The notes under the pieces were generated by a model that was not told the DNA's origin, did no database searches, and saw only the letters and a program-made list of their open reading frames with translations. Below, one piece after another: positions 35,671 to 45,676 of a DNA stretch of 64,000 nt (within the stretch, counting starts at the first letter, position 1; every line of letters starts with the position of its first letter). The stretch comes from Gammaproteobacteria bacterium (GTDB lineage: Bacteria > Pseudomonadota > Gammaproteobacteria > Magnimaribacterales > AG-339-G14): positions 4,235 to 68,234 of the forward strand of contig SGZL01000004.1 of the NCBI GenBank assembly GCA_004213955.1, given 5' to 3'. Made by a program: the position numbers and the translations under genes.

Positions 35671-36144
35671 TCAATTTTCTCTGTAAAAAAATTTTATTTT
35701 TCCTGTACTTACCAATGCTATGTTAACTTCCCTAACAATTTCGCCGCCATCTTCATATATTTCTTGAGTAATGTCTACAGAATCACCAAACAAATCAATA
35801 GTTTCAGAATAAAATGAATTTACTGAGTTTTGTTTATGACCAGTCCAATTCCTCAGATTGTTATAAATGATACTGTCATTTCCATCCGAACAGTTTAAAT
35901 CAACCAATATTTGACTATTCACGAGGAAGAACGGAATCAAAATATTTAAAAAGGTTTTTTGTAAAGTTTTTGACTCTAAGGAAGCCAGCCCGTCAGTTAG
36001 TCCAGAAAAATTTTCTATTCTATTTAAATTCCATGATCTATTTATTTCGCAACCTTCGGCAATAGGAACAGGTGAAAAAGTAGCGACCCTAAAAATTAGA
36101 ATTAATACTAAAGGAATAAAAAATACAAATGACAATTTTGTCAT
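35671..36144 (-). CDS. Hypothetical secreted/anchored protein
   Basis: 157 aa with an N-terminal hydrophobic signal/anchor. No recognisable motif. Confidence 0.4.
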   Translation of the reverse strand: MTKLSFVFFIPLVLILIFRVATFSPVPIAEGCEINRSWNLNRIENFSGLTDGLASLESKTLQKTFLNILIPFFLVNSQILVDLNCSDGNDSIIYNNLRNWTGHKQNSVNSFYSETIDLFGDSVDITQEIYEDGGEIVREVNIALVSTGKIKFFYREN

Positions 36145-36147
36145 AAA

Positions 36148-37239
36148 TTATTTCTCTAGGTTATTTTCAAAATATATTGATCTTGAGGGAAAAGCAAAAT
36201 CAGAATTATTTTTTATCACAATTGATTTTATTTTAAGTAAAAGATTTTGTTTTACTTCAGAATACTCAGTATAAGAATCTTTATTTGTGTAACATAATAT
36301 TTCAAGATCAATTGAACTTGCACCAAATTCTACAGCTTTTGCAAAAGATTCTTGACCAGGATTAATACAGAATCCTTGATTCTCATCGTTAATAAAATTT
36401 TCTATTTCTTTGCATATTTTTGAGATTTCTTCAGCAGAACTTGAATAAATTAGATTGATCATCCATCTTATTCGACGATACTTATTTAATCCATGATTGA
36501 TAACACTAATATCTGATAAGTCCTTATTTGGAATTATCATTGGTGAAGTATCAAAGAGTCTTACTGTAGTAGATCTAAAGCCAATGCTTTCTACAATCCC
36601 ATGAAATTGACCTGGCACTTCTATTCTATGACCCGGTTGAAATCTATTTTCTCCAATGATCAACATCCCCGATATAAGGTTTTTAAATAGATCTTGAGCA
36701 CCTAAGGCAATAGCTACTGAAAAAAGCCCCAATCCGGCTATTAAAGGTCCAATTTCAATCCCAAAAATATCTAAAATGATTGCTAATCCGATAACCCAAA
36801 CAAGGACTCTAGTTGATCTTTCTAGCCAGACAGACATGGCTTGAGTAAGCCAGGTATTGTTTGATAAAACCGAAAATAAAGGGCTTACAAAATTAGATAA
36901 CGCACTAAAAATAGTATAAACAATTAAAGCCTTTACAAGATTTGTTGCTACTAAATCTACTATTCCTTCTAAAGGAAGGTAAATCATGATTATATAAAAT
37001 CCTATAGTGACTGGAATAAAACCTAACGGTCTTTTTAAAGAGTCTAAAAGAATATCATCTAAATCAGTTTTAGTTTTTGAGGTAATTTTCTTTAAAGTAC
37101 TTACCCCTAAATTGGCAAATACTCCTCTTAAAATTAAAGAGGCTGTGAGAATAAAAATAGTAACCAATATCTGAGACATGTTTATGCCAAGGAAGCCAGA
37201 GGTCCAAACTTGATTTAATAAATTTAAAAAATCATCCAT
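36148..37239 (-). CDS. Mechanosensitive ion channel (MscS family)
   Basis: 363 aa with several TM helices, then GAQDLFKNLISGMLIIGENRFQPGHRIEV...G.VESIGFRSTTVR, the characteristic MscS pore-helix/beta-domain region. Confidence 0.8.
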   Translation of the reverse strand: MDDFLNLLNQVWTSGFLGINMSQILVTIFILTASLILRGVFANLGVSTLKKITSKTKTDLDDILLDSLKRPLGFIPVTIGFYIIMIYLPLEGIVDLVATNLVKALIVYTIFSALSNFVSPLFSVLSNNTWLTQAMSVWLERSTRVLVWVIGLAIILDIFGIEIGPLIAGLGLFSVAIALGAQDLFKNLISGMLIIGENRFQPGHRIEVPGQFHGIVESIGFRSTTVRLFDTSPMIIPNKDLSDISVINHGLNKYRRIRWMINLIYSSSAEEISKICKEIENFINDENQGFCINPGQESFAKAVEFGASSIDLEILCYTNKDSYTEYSEVKQNLLLKIKSIVIKNNSDFAFPSRSIYFENNLEK

Positions 37240-37262
37240 CAGGTGAAGGATACTATTTATAG

Positions 37263-38180
37263 TTAATTATTAAAATAACTCTTCTGAATTATTTGATCAA
37301 TTGAGGAAATCTTTTTTTGAGTCGAATCCACAAATGAATGAATTTTAGTATTTTCGTATTTTCCAATCCTCGATCTACTTAAATTAGCTAAAAATTTCTG
37401 AATAAACAACAATGCATCTTTATTTTTAGGCAGATTTAAAAAACTTTTATGAATAATTGTTAAGCATCTATAGATTGATCTTGGAAACGAATCATCTTTA
37501 AAAAGAAAATTAATGACACTTTCTTTTTCTATTTCACCCCTAGATACTTTTCTGAAAGCTTGGTGAGCAGAAAGTGTTTTTAATAAATTCACCCACTCCA
37601 AAGTTGAGAGATCTATAGTCCCTTCCTTTTTTTCTGCATTACAAATTGAATCGATAATTCTTGTGATCATGTCTGCTCTTTCTACAAATCTACCCAATCT
37701 TAGAAATTCAAAAGCATAACCACGAGAAAAGTTATCGGAAATTATTCCAAAAAATCTTTGTGAAGAAGATATAACTTCATATATATTTTTTGCTCTTTTT
37801 CTCTTACTTACCGATGTAGTCATTTCTTTTAAAAAATTCATTTCAATATTATTTAATTCTTCCATGGCAGACCTTGGGAGATCATCTTTAATGAATTCAG
37901 AATTATATGAGGCGTTATGAAGGCAAGAGGCAATTGAATTTTCATTATTTCTTTCTCTACTTAAATAATGAATGACATTCGCTTCATCGTAATGTTTATG
38001 ACCACTTAAATAGTCTTCTTTTGAATCCATCGCTTCTAAAATTGGTTCCCAACCTAATGAATCATCAATTGGGTAATCCAACATCATTTCAACATTTACA
38101 TTAATAAGTCTTCCTGTATTTTCTGCTCTCTCGATATATCGGGCCAACCAATAAAGATGTTCTGCGTCTCTACTTAACAT
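37263..38180 (-). CDS. Alpha-E domain protein (DUF403)
   Basis: 305 aa. The N-terminus MLSRDAEHLYWLARYIERAENTGRLI is the classic alpha-E start. It abuts the ATP-grasp gene (stop/start adjacent at 38180/38181). Confidence 0.75.
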   Translation of the reverse strand: MLSRDAEHLYWLARYIERAENTGRLINVNVEMMLDYPIDDSLGWEPILEAMDSKEDYLSGHKHYDEANVIHYLSRERNNENSIASCLHNASYNSEFIKDDLPRSAMEELNNIEMNFLKEMTTSVSKRKRAKNIYEVISSSQRFFGIISDNFSRGYAFEFLRLGRFVERADMITRIIDSICNAEKKEGTIDLSTLEWVNLLKTLSAHQAFRKVSRGEIEKESVINFLFKDDSFPRSIYRCLTIIHKSFLNLPKNKDALLFIQKFLANLSRSRIGKYENTKIHSFVDSTQKKISSIDQIIQKSYFNN

Positions 38181-39632
38181 TTAATCAATAATCCATGTGT
38201 CCTTGCTGCCGCCACCCTGTGAAGAATTCACAATAGAACTCCCTTTTTTTAAAGCAACTCTTGTTAAACCGCCTACGGTTACATAATTTTTTGAACCACT
38301 TAATATAAAGGGTCTTAGATCAAGATGTCTTGGCTCTATTTTCCCGTCCGAAAAAGTTGGTGAAGTTGAAAGAGAAATGTAAGGTTGAGCAACAAAATTC
38401 CTTGGATTATTTCTAATTTTTCTGAAAACTGGACCAACTTCTTTCGCCTTCAAGTCTTTGCCTATTACAATGCCATAACCACCTGATTCAGCTACCGGCT
38501 TGATCACCATAGAGTGAATGTTTTTCTCAACAAATTCTCTGTGTTCTTTGTTATTCATAAAATAAGTTTTTATATTTTTAAGTATTGGTTTTTCTTTAAG
38601 ATAAAAATCAATCATCTTAGGCACATATGCGTAAACTGCTTTATCATCTGCAATACCACACCCAGGAGCATTGATAATTGCAACTTTTTTTTGCGACCAA
38701 CTTTTTAATAAACCTCTTACTCCAATTGTTGAATTTGGATTGCCTACATCAGGATCGAGAAAATCATCATCTATTCGCCTATAAATAACATCAACTCTTT
38801 TTAAACCTTCTATAGTTTTTTTATATACATAAGAGTCTTTTCCAACTTCCAAGTCACTTCCTTCTACAAGATCTATTCCCATTTGCTGAGCTAAATAAGA
38901 ATGTTCGAAGTAAGCAGAATTATATATTCCTGGTGTAAGAAGAACTATTTCAGGATGTTTTGATTTAGAAAAGCTTACTGAGGCTAAAGTTTCATAAAGT
39001 TTACTAGGATAATCATCTACTGGGTTAACTCCATATTTATTAAAAAGATCAGGTAATACCCGTTTCATGACCATTCTATTTTCTAGCATATAAGAGACTC
39101 CAGATGGAACTCTCAAATTATCCTCTAGTACATAAAAATCTCCTTCTTCTCCCTTGATTAAATCTGAACCACAAATATGAGACCAAACCCCATGCTTTAA
39201 TTTAATATTTTTACAATAAGCTTTGTAGGCAGAAGTATTAAGAACCAAGCTTTCGTCTATATTAAATTCATTTAAAAATTTTTTTTTGTTGTAGCAATCT
39301 TCTATGAATAGATTCAAAGCTTTGACCCTTTGAATTAAACCCTTTTCAACCAATTTCCATTCCTCTTTCTTAATTAATCTTGGAATAAAATCTAAAGGCC
39401 AAGTACGATTGACGTTCGCATTAGATTCGTCTTGATAAACTCTAAAAGTAATTCCCATTGATTGTATTGCCGAAACAGTAGCTAAATTTATATCTTGTAA
39501 ATCCTCTAAAGATAGAGGAGAAAGATAATTCAAAGCTTTTTGGGCATGTTTACGAACTGTTAAGGAGTCTCCATAAAATTCATCATAAGAATCTCCCTTA
39601 TCAAGATAGTTAATTAAACTATTCTTTTTCAT
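38181..39632 (-). CDS. Circularly permuted ATP-grasp type 2 protein (DUF404/DUF407, COG2308-like)
   Basis: 483 aa. Its length, position upstream of the alpha-E gene, and blocks such as VLEDNLRVPSGVSYMLENR and GGSKDTW match this family as I remember it. Confidence 0.8.
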   Translation of the reverse strand: MKKNSLINYLDKGDSYDEFYGDSLTVRKHAQKALNYLSPLSLEDLQDINLATVSAIQSMGITFRVYQDESNANVNRTWPLDFIPRLIKKEEWKLVEKGLIQRVKALNLFIEDCYNKKKFLNEFNIDESLVLNTSAYKAYCKNIKLKHGVWSHICGSDLIKGEEGDFYVLEDNLRVPSGVSYMLENRMVMKRVLPDLFNKYGVNPVDDYPSKLYETLASVSFSKSKHPEIVLLTPGIYNSAYFEHSYLAQQMGIDLVEGSDLEVGKDSYVYKKTIEGLKRVDVIYRRIDDDFLDPDVGNPNSTIGVRGLLKSWSQKKVAIINAPGCGIADDKAVYAYVPKMIDFYLKEKPILKNIKTYFMNNKEHREFVEKNIHSMVIKPVAESGGYGIVIGKDLKAKEVGPVFRKIRNNPRNFVAQPYISLSTSPTFSDGKIEPRHLDLRPFILSGSKNYVTVGGLTRVALKKGSSIVNSSQGGGSKDTWIID

Positions 39633-39786
39633 GGCAATTTATTATCTAATAAAAATTTAAGTCTAGATAAAAGCATCTTTTTATCCTTAGTCTAACGAAA
39701 TGCACTAAATTAATACAAAATTATTATTAATATTGATTTATGAGTATGTAATGAATTATGTTATTTTTAACTAAAATAAATTAATT

Positions 39787-40521
39787 ATGACTTATTGTTT
39801 GGGTATCAAAGTTAATGAAGGATTAGTTTTTGCGTCAGATTCAAGAACGAATGCTGGTTTGGATAACGTAGGATCTTATTCAAAAATGTTTACTTATAAT
39901 ATAGGTGATAGAGCGTTTGTAATAATGACTGCAGGAAATCTTGCTACATCTCAAGCTGTTTATCATAGAATTCAAAAAGATCTTGATAGCTCCTCCCCCA
40001 CTATTAATTTAAACCTTTGTCAGGATCTTGAAGAAGTGGCTGAATATATTGGCGAGATTAGTTTAGAGTGTCAAAAAATCGGAGGTGATGTCCCTCTACA
40101 AGAAAGTCCTCAACTTGGTTCTAGTTTTATTCTTGGCGGCCAAATAAGAAATCAATTACCAAATATTATTTTAATTTATCCTGAAGGAAACCATATTCAT
40201 GTATCTGACGACAGTCCTTTCGTGCAGATTGGTGAAACTAAATATGGAAAACCTATTTTAGACAGAACTGTGGCTGCTGATACACCTTTAGGTGATACAG
40301 CTAGAGCTGCATTACTTTCTCTAGACTCAACAATGAGAAGTGATTTAACAGTAGGACCACCGATAGATTTTGTTGTTTTTAAAAAGGATCAAATCAATTT
40401 AGATTTTCAAGATAGACTCAAACTAGATTCTCCTTTTTTTCAACAGTTTTCTAATATTTGGCATGACGAATTGTTAAAAGCTATAAATCATTTACCAAGA
40501 TTCAATTGGGAAGATGTTTAA
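39787..40521 (+). CDS. Proteasome-type peptidase homologue, Anbu-like
   Basis: 244 aa starting MTYCLGIKVNEGLVFASDSRTNAG. Thr is at position 2 (would be Thr1 after Met removal), Asp is at mature position 17, and Lys is at about 32. It is divergent from the ATP-grasp/alpha-E pair. Confidence 0.75.
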   Translation: MTYCLGIKVNEGLVFASDSRTNAGLDNVGSYSKMFTYNIGDRAFVIMTAGNLATSQAVYHRIQKDLDSSSPTINLNLCQDLEEVAEYIGEISLECQKIGGDVPLQESPQLGSSFILGGQIRNQLPNIILIYPEGNHIHVSDDSPFVQIGETKYGKPILDRTVAADTPLGDTARAALLSLDSTMRSDLTVGPPIDFVVFKKDQINLDFQDRLKLDSPFFQQFSNIWHDELLKAINHLPRFNWEDV

Positions 40522-41656
40522 TTTCATCTATAGCATTGTATTTATGTATTGATTCTTGAATTCTCTTTCCAAAATTCTTTAAAAATAAATTCCTTAAAAA
40601 AATTAAAAATCCATTTGATAGATGATTCAAGTGACCTTGAAGTTTTGATCTAAATTGGATTTCATTTCCTCTTTTAATTCTTAGTTTCTGATAATTAAAT
40701 AAAGATTTTTTTTGATCATTATTCTTTAATAGTTCTGAGAGACTGTATGCGTCTTCTATAGCTAAACAAGAACCTTGAGCTAAGAACGGTAACATAGGGT
40801 GTGCAGCGTCGCCCATCAACAACAAATTACCCTTCACTAAGTTTTTGATAGGTTTTCGTTCAAATAAACCCCATTTGTGTAAATTATCTGATTTAGAAAA
40901 TAATTCTAAAACGTTTTTATTCCATGATGAAAAATTTGATAAAAGTTCATTTATGTTTCCTTTAGAGACCCAAGATTCTTCTTCCCACTTTGTTTGTTTT
41001 TTAATTGCAACAAAATTTATTTGTTTTCCTTTATTAATTGGATAGTGAACGACGTGTCCATGTGGACCAAGATGAATGTTTATTTGGTCCCAAAAAGTAT
41101 TAGAAGGTAACTGATCTCTTGATATTAAACCCCGCCACGCTACTAAATTACTAAATTTAGGATTTAAATTATCAAAATATTTTGACCTTAAATCTGACTT
41201 TATTCCATCGCAGGCAATGACTAAATCTGTAGATGTTTTTTGTTTATTATCAAAATATATTTCAGAGTCTTTAATTTTTATGCATTTGTGACCAAAGATT
41301 AACTCTCCACCCAAACTTAAATAATAATTTTTCAATACATCAATTAAATCTCTCCTATCAACGCTAATAAAATCGTTTGAATTTTCATTTAAAGCATGAG
41401 AATTTATTATCGATGCATTATCAAATGAGCGAAAATGAACTTGTTTTGGTAGATATCCAAGTGGTACCAATTTGTCTAACAGACCAACCTTATCAAGCAA
41501 TAAAGTTGCATTTTTTGATAAATTTACTCCAGCGCCGTATGGACTAAGAGACGAATCCTTTTCATAAATAATTGAGTGGAAGTTATTTTTTTTTAAGCAG
41601 CATCCAAGAAAAAGTCCTGAAACACCTGCTCCAATAATCTTTATTTTTTCAGGCAT
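40502..41656 (-). CDS. FAD-dependent aromatic-ring/salicylate-hydroxylase-like monooxygenase
   Basis: 384 aa with an N-terminal GAGVSGL dinucleotide fold, DGIKS and GDAAHPMLPFLAQGSCLAIEDA. Confidence 0.8.
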   Translation of the reverse strand: MPEKIKIIGAGVSGLFLGCCLKKNNFHSIIYEKDSSLSPYGAGVNLSKNATLLLDKVGLLDKLVPLGYLPKQVHFRSFDNASIINSHALNENSNDFISVDRRDLIDVLKNYYLSLGGELIFGHKCIKIKDSEIYFDNKQKTSTDLVIACDGIKSDLRSKYFDNLNPKFSNLVAWRGLISRDQLPSNTFWDQINIHLGPHGHVVHYPINKGKQINFVAIKKQTKWEEESWVSKGNINELLSNFSSWNKNVLELFSKSDNLHKWGLFERKPIKNLVKGNLLLMGDAAHPMLPFLAQGSCLAIEDAYSLSELLKNNDQKKSLFNYQKLRIKRGNEIQFRSKLQGHLNHLSNGFLIFLRNLFLKNFGKRIQESIHKYNAIDEIKHLPN

Positions 41657-42770
41657 TTAGTTCTAACGCTTTAACTTGCCTTTTTAATCTTTCTTTTCGC
41701 TTTGTTTTATCTTTTACTTCTCCAACTAATTGCCCACAAGCAGCCATAATATCGTCACCTCTGGTAGACCTTATCGTTGTAATAAAACCTTTTTTTACCA
41801 AATATTCTTTAAATGCCCTGAGTCTATTATTAGAAGGTTTTGAGTATTCAGATAAAGAAAACTCATTAAAAGGAATTAAATTAATCTTGCAAGGATAGTT
41901 TTTTAATAAATTAGCTAATTCATTTGCTATTTCAAGAGAGTCATTTACTTTATCAATTAGTATGTATTCAAAAGTTGTGATTCTTTTATCGTCAAAGGAG
42001 TCAACGTAATTTTTGACAGATTTTAAAAGGTCTTTGATAGGATATTTTTTATTAATTGGAACCAAAATATCTCTTAATTTATCATTTGGAGCATGAAGAG
42101 AAATTGTTAAAGAAACATCAGTTACGTTAGATAATTTATTAATCTCTGGAATCAACCCAGAAGTACTCAAAGTTACTTTTCTTTTAGATAAATTATAAGC
42201 TGAATGATGTCGCATAATTTGCATTGCGTTAACTACGTTATCAAAATTCAAAAGCGGCTCTCCCATACCCATCATTACTACGTTAGTAATATTCTTTTCT
42301 TTTGGATTGTCTATAGATCTGAATGAATTTTCTGCTATGAGAACTTGTCCAATAATTTCACTCAAGGTTAAATTTCTTGAAAAACCCTGTTTGCCAGTAG
42401 CACAAAAACTGCAATTAACCACACAGCCTACTTGGGAGGAGACGCATAATGTGTTTCTTCCTTTTTCAGGAATTAACACCATTTCTATGGATTCGTCATT
42501 TCCTACTTCTAATATCCACTTTTTTGTTCCATCGTTTGACGCTTCCTCTAGAGAGATTTTTGGAGATTTAAGAACGCAATTTTCAATTAAATATTCTCTT
42601 AATGTTTTAGAAAAATTAGACATTTTACTGAAGTCTTCAATACCATTTTGGTGAACCCATTTGAGAAGTTGGTCAACTCTATAAGAAGCCTCGCCAATAG
42701 ATTCAAAGAAACTAGCAAGTTCTTTTAATGAAAGATTCAACAAGTTAATCTTTTTTGATGTTGAAATCAT
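41649..42770 (-). CDS. rlmN: 23S rRNA/tRNA (adenine-C2)-methyltransferase, radical SAM
   Basis: 373 aa with ASYRVDQLLKWV, LCVSSQVGCVVNCSFCATG (CxxxCxxC), MGMGEPL and the late ACGQL. Confidence 0.9.
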   Translation of the reverse strand: MISTSKKINLLNLSLKELASFFESIGEASYRVDQLLKWVHQNGIEDFSKMSNFSKTLREYLIENCVLKSPKISLEEASNDGTKKWILEVGNDESIEMVLIPEKGRNTLCVSSQVGCVVNCSFCATGKQGFSRNLTLSEIIGQVLIAENSFRSIDNPKEKNITNVVMMGMGEPLLNFDNVVNAMQIMRHHSAYNLSKRKVTLSTSGLIPEINKLSNVTDVSLTISLHAPNDKLRDILVPINKKYPIKDLLKSVKNYVDSFDDKRITTFEYILIDKVNDSLEIANELANLLKNYPCKINLIPFNEFSLSEYSKPSNNRLRAFKEYLVKKGFITTIRSTRGDDIMAACGQLVGEVKDKTKRKERLKRQVKALELNA

Positions 42771-42791
42771 TTTTTGAAATGATGAAAAAGA

Positions 42792-44249
42792 TTAATCTTT
42801 AGAAAAAATTAAATTTCCATCCTCAAGCTTAGAAAATTTTACGTCAATCCAATCTTTTATATAGTCTTGATAATTAACCCAAGGTTTTTTACTACCTTGT
42901 TGAGGATGTAAATCTAAAGATCTCTGAATATATCCTGAAGAGAAATCTTTTAACCAATCATAAGTTTCATCAACATCGAGTGGTTTTCTCGGGCAAGCTG
43001 ATAAATATTCATTTTTATCCATATGTTTTATCAATCTGCATAAATAAGTGCTAGTTAGATCAGCTTTTAAAGTCCAAGAGGCGTTAATGTAACCAAATGA
43101 ATTAACAAAATTCGGAATGTCACTGTACATCAAACTTTTGTAAGTCATAGTTTTTGATACATTTACTGGATTATTATTTACTGAAATAGTTACGCCTCCA
43201 AAATTTTGAAGCACTAATCCGGTAGCTGTCACGATAATATCGGCGTCTAGAAATTCTCCAGACTTTAATTTAATGCCTTTTTCTTCAAAGCTCTCGATGT
43301 GATCTGTAACAACAGTGGCGGATTTATCTTTGATGGCGTTGAAAAAGTCACTATTGGGAACCAAACACATTCTTTGCTCCCATGGGTTGTAACTAGGTGT
43401 GAAGTGTTTATCTACATCAAAATCAGGAAGTTCTTTTTTAACCTGATCAATTAAGAATTTTTTAGACCTAATTGGAAAAGCTCTTACTCTTTTAAAAATT
43501 GATTGTTGAATATAAACGTTTTTAAATCTAATTAATGCATAAACAAAAGATTTTGGTAAAAATTTCTTTAAAAATAACGCAATTCTGTCTTCATCAGGTC
43601 TTGAAACAAAATATGTTGGAGACCTTTGAAGCATAGTGACTAGATTAGCTTCTTTAGCAATTTCAGGAACGATTGTAGCCGCAGTCGCACCACTGCCTAT
43701 AACGACAACGTTTTTTCCAGAGTAATCAAGAGACTCTGGCCATTTTTGTGGGTGAATTATTTGACCTGAGAAATTCTCACTTCCTTTAAATTCAGGTTCA
43801 TACCCAGAAGAGTATCTATAATAACCAGCACACATATAAAGAAACTTTGATTTATATAAAAATTTTTCTGATGATTTTTTTTCAGTGACACTTACCTCCC
43901 ATAATCCATCAGCTTCATTCCAGTTAGCTGATTCAACATGGTGGTTGTATTTAATTTTTTCATTTAACCCATATTCTTCTATTGTTTCTTGAAGGTATTC
44001 CATTATTAAAGGTCCGCTAGCTATAGACTTTTTATGATTCCAGGGTTTAAAGGAAAAACCTAATGTGTGCATATCTGAATCTGATCTTATCCCGGGATAT
44101 TTAAATAAGTCCCAAGTCCCGCCGAAGTTATCTCTTCCTTCAAAAATAGCGTAAGTTTTGTCAGGGCACTTGGTATTTAAGTGAGCTCCAGCACCAATGC
44201 CTGAAATTCCTGCTCCAACAACTATGACGTCTAGATAATCTTGTTTCAT
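42792..44249 (-). CDS. Flavin-containing / Baeyer-Villiger-type monooxygenase
   Basis: 485 aa with GAGISG and GSGATA Rossmann motifs. FSGQIIHPQKWP fits the BVMO fingerprint FxGxxxHxxxWP. Confidence 0.8.
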   Translation of the reverse strand: MKQDYLDVIVVGAGISGIGAGAHLNTKCPDKTYAIFEGRDNFGGTWDLFKYPGIRSDSDMHTLGFSFKPWNHKKSIASGPLIMEYLQETIEEYGLNEKIKYNHHVESANWNEADGLWEVSVTEKKSSEKFLYKSKFLYMCAGYYRYSSGYEPEFKGSENFSGQIIHPQKWPESLDYSGKNVVVIGSGATAATIVPEIAKEANLVTMLQRSPTYFVSRPDEDRIALFLKKFLPKSFVYALIRFKNVYIQQSIFKRVRAFPIRSKKFLIDQVKKELPDFDVDKHFTPSYNPWEQRMCLVPNSDFFNAIKDKSATVVTDHIESFEEKGIKLKSGEFLDADIIVTATGLVLQNFGGVTISVNNNPVNVSKTMTYKSLMYSDIPNFVNSFGYINASWTLKADLTSTYLCRLIKHMDKNEYLSACPRKPLDVDETYDWLKDFSSGYIQRSLDLHPQQGSKKPWVNYQDYIKDWIDVKFSKLEDGNLIFSKD

Positions 44250-44284
44250 AAATTAATTATATTAATAAATAGTGATTTTATAAA

Positions 44285-44647
44285 TTATTCTTTTAGTTTA
44301 AAACCGCTTTCTATCCATTCAGAAATTCCACCCTTCAAAGAAAATACTTTTTGATAGCCCATGTCTTGAAGAGTTTTTGCACTCATAATGGATCTAACTC
44401 CTCTAGCACAATATAAAACTATTTCTTCTGAAGACTCAGGAATATGCCCTTCTATATCTCTGTCTAATACACCTCGGCCTATGTGTATTGAGTTTTCAAT
44501 TACCCCTGATTTAATTTCGTCATCTTCTCGAATATCGACTAACGAAAAATTATATTTAGTGTCTATTAAGTTTTTAAGCTGAAAAATATCAATTTCTTGA
44601 ACCTCCTTAGCAGCATCATTAACCATGTCAGAAAAACTTTTTTTCAT
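44285..44647 (-). CDS. Rhodanese-domain sulfurtransferase
   Basis: Active-site loop YCARGVRS. I prefer the internal ATG at 44647 (MKKSFSDM...), which removes the overlap with the upstream small ORF. The track start is 44677. Confidence 0.75.
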   Translation of the reverse strand: MKKSFSDMVNDAAKEVQEIDIFQLKNLIDTKYNFSLVDIREDDEIKSGVIENSIHIGRGVLDRDIEGHIPESSEEIVLYCARGVRSIMSAKTLQDMGYQKVFSLKGGISEWIESGFKLKE

Positions 44648-44648
44648 C

Positions 44649-44858
44649 TTAATTCGTAAAATATTTTTTTTTGGCAATTCTTACCAAGAAGTAAAAAGGA
44701 GAAATAATTAAAATACACACAAAGAGTTCTGCCCAAAAACTCATATCGATACGTGAGCGAATAAAAGCAGCAATGTAAACACTCCCAAAACCCATAAATC
44801 CGTAAATTATAAAAAGGGGGACGTCTATTTTAGATAATATATTTTTTAGAAATTTCAT
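44649..44858 (-). CDS. Small two-TM membrane protein (hypothetical)
   Basis: 69 aa with two hydrophobic helices. Its stop lies 1 nt before the preferred rhodanese ATG. No family recognised. Confidence 0.35.
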   Translation of the reverse strand: MKFLKNILSKIDVPLFIIYGFMGFGSVYIAAFIRSRIDMSFWAELFVCILIISPFYFLVRIAKKKYFTN

Positions 44859-44905
44859 TGGATAGACTATATTATTACAGATATTAATACCTAGGATTAA
44901 ACAGA

Positions 44906-45676
44906 ATGAATGATTTAGAAGATATTGTTTTTACTTATAAAGAACATACAGCCTACTTAAAAATAAATAGACCTCCTAATAATTTTTTTGATTCCGATTT
45001 AATTCGTCAAATAGCGGATGTTTTGGAGGAAATGGATAACAACAAGGATTGTCGATCAATCATTCTTTATTCTGAGGGTAAACATTTTTGTGCAGGTGCA
45101 GATTTCTCAAGATCAAATTTTAAAAATGAATCTGATGCTTACTCCGCATTATATGATCAGGCAGTAAGATTATTCAGAACGCGTAAACCAATCATTGCAG
45201 TAATCCAGGGGGCAGCAGTTGGTGGTGGTCTTGGAGTGGCTCTTGCAGCCGATTTTAGAATTGCATGCAAAGAATCAAGATTTAGTGCTAATTTTTCTAA
45301 GTTAGGTTTCCATCAAGGATTTGGAACTACTATTACCTTACCTAGAGTAGTCGGTCATCAATTTGCAAAAAAAATGCTTTTGACAGCAACGCGACTTAAA
45401 GGAGAAGAAGCGATGGCTTGCGGTCTTGCTGATTATTTGGTGGATCAAAAAGACTTAATGACTACTGCAGAAAGTCTAGCCAAAGAAATTAATAGCTCTG
45501 GACCTCTGGGTGTTCAGGCTATTAGATTTACTATCAATGAGGGAATAGCAGACGAGATAGCTAAGATAGTGAAATGGGAATTATCTGAACAAGACAGACT
45601 CAGAGAAACCTCAGATTTTAAAGAAGGAATCAAAGCTTCACTAGAAAGAAGAGAGCCTAGCTTTCAAGGCGATTAA
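44906..45676 (+). CDS. Enoyl-CoA hydratase/isomerase family protein
   Basis: 256 aa with GKHFCAGADF and GGGLGVALAADF motifs. Confidence 0.85.
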   Translation: MNDLEDIVFTYKEHTAYLKINRPPNNFFDSDLIRQIADVLEEMDNNKDCRSIILYSEGKHFCAGADFSRSNFKNESDAYSALYDQAVRLFRTRKPIIAVIQGAAVGGGLGVALAADFRIACKESRFSANFSKLGFHQGFGTTITLPRVVGHQFAKKMLLTATRLKGEEAMACGLADYLVDQKDLMTTAESLAKEINSSGPLGVQAIRFTINEGIADEIAKIVKWELSEQDRLRETSDFKEGIKASLERREPSFQGD

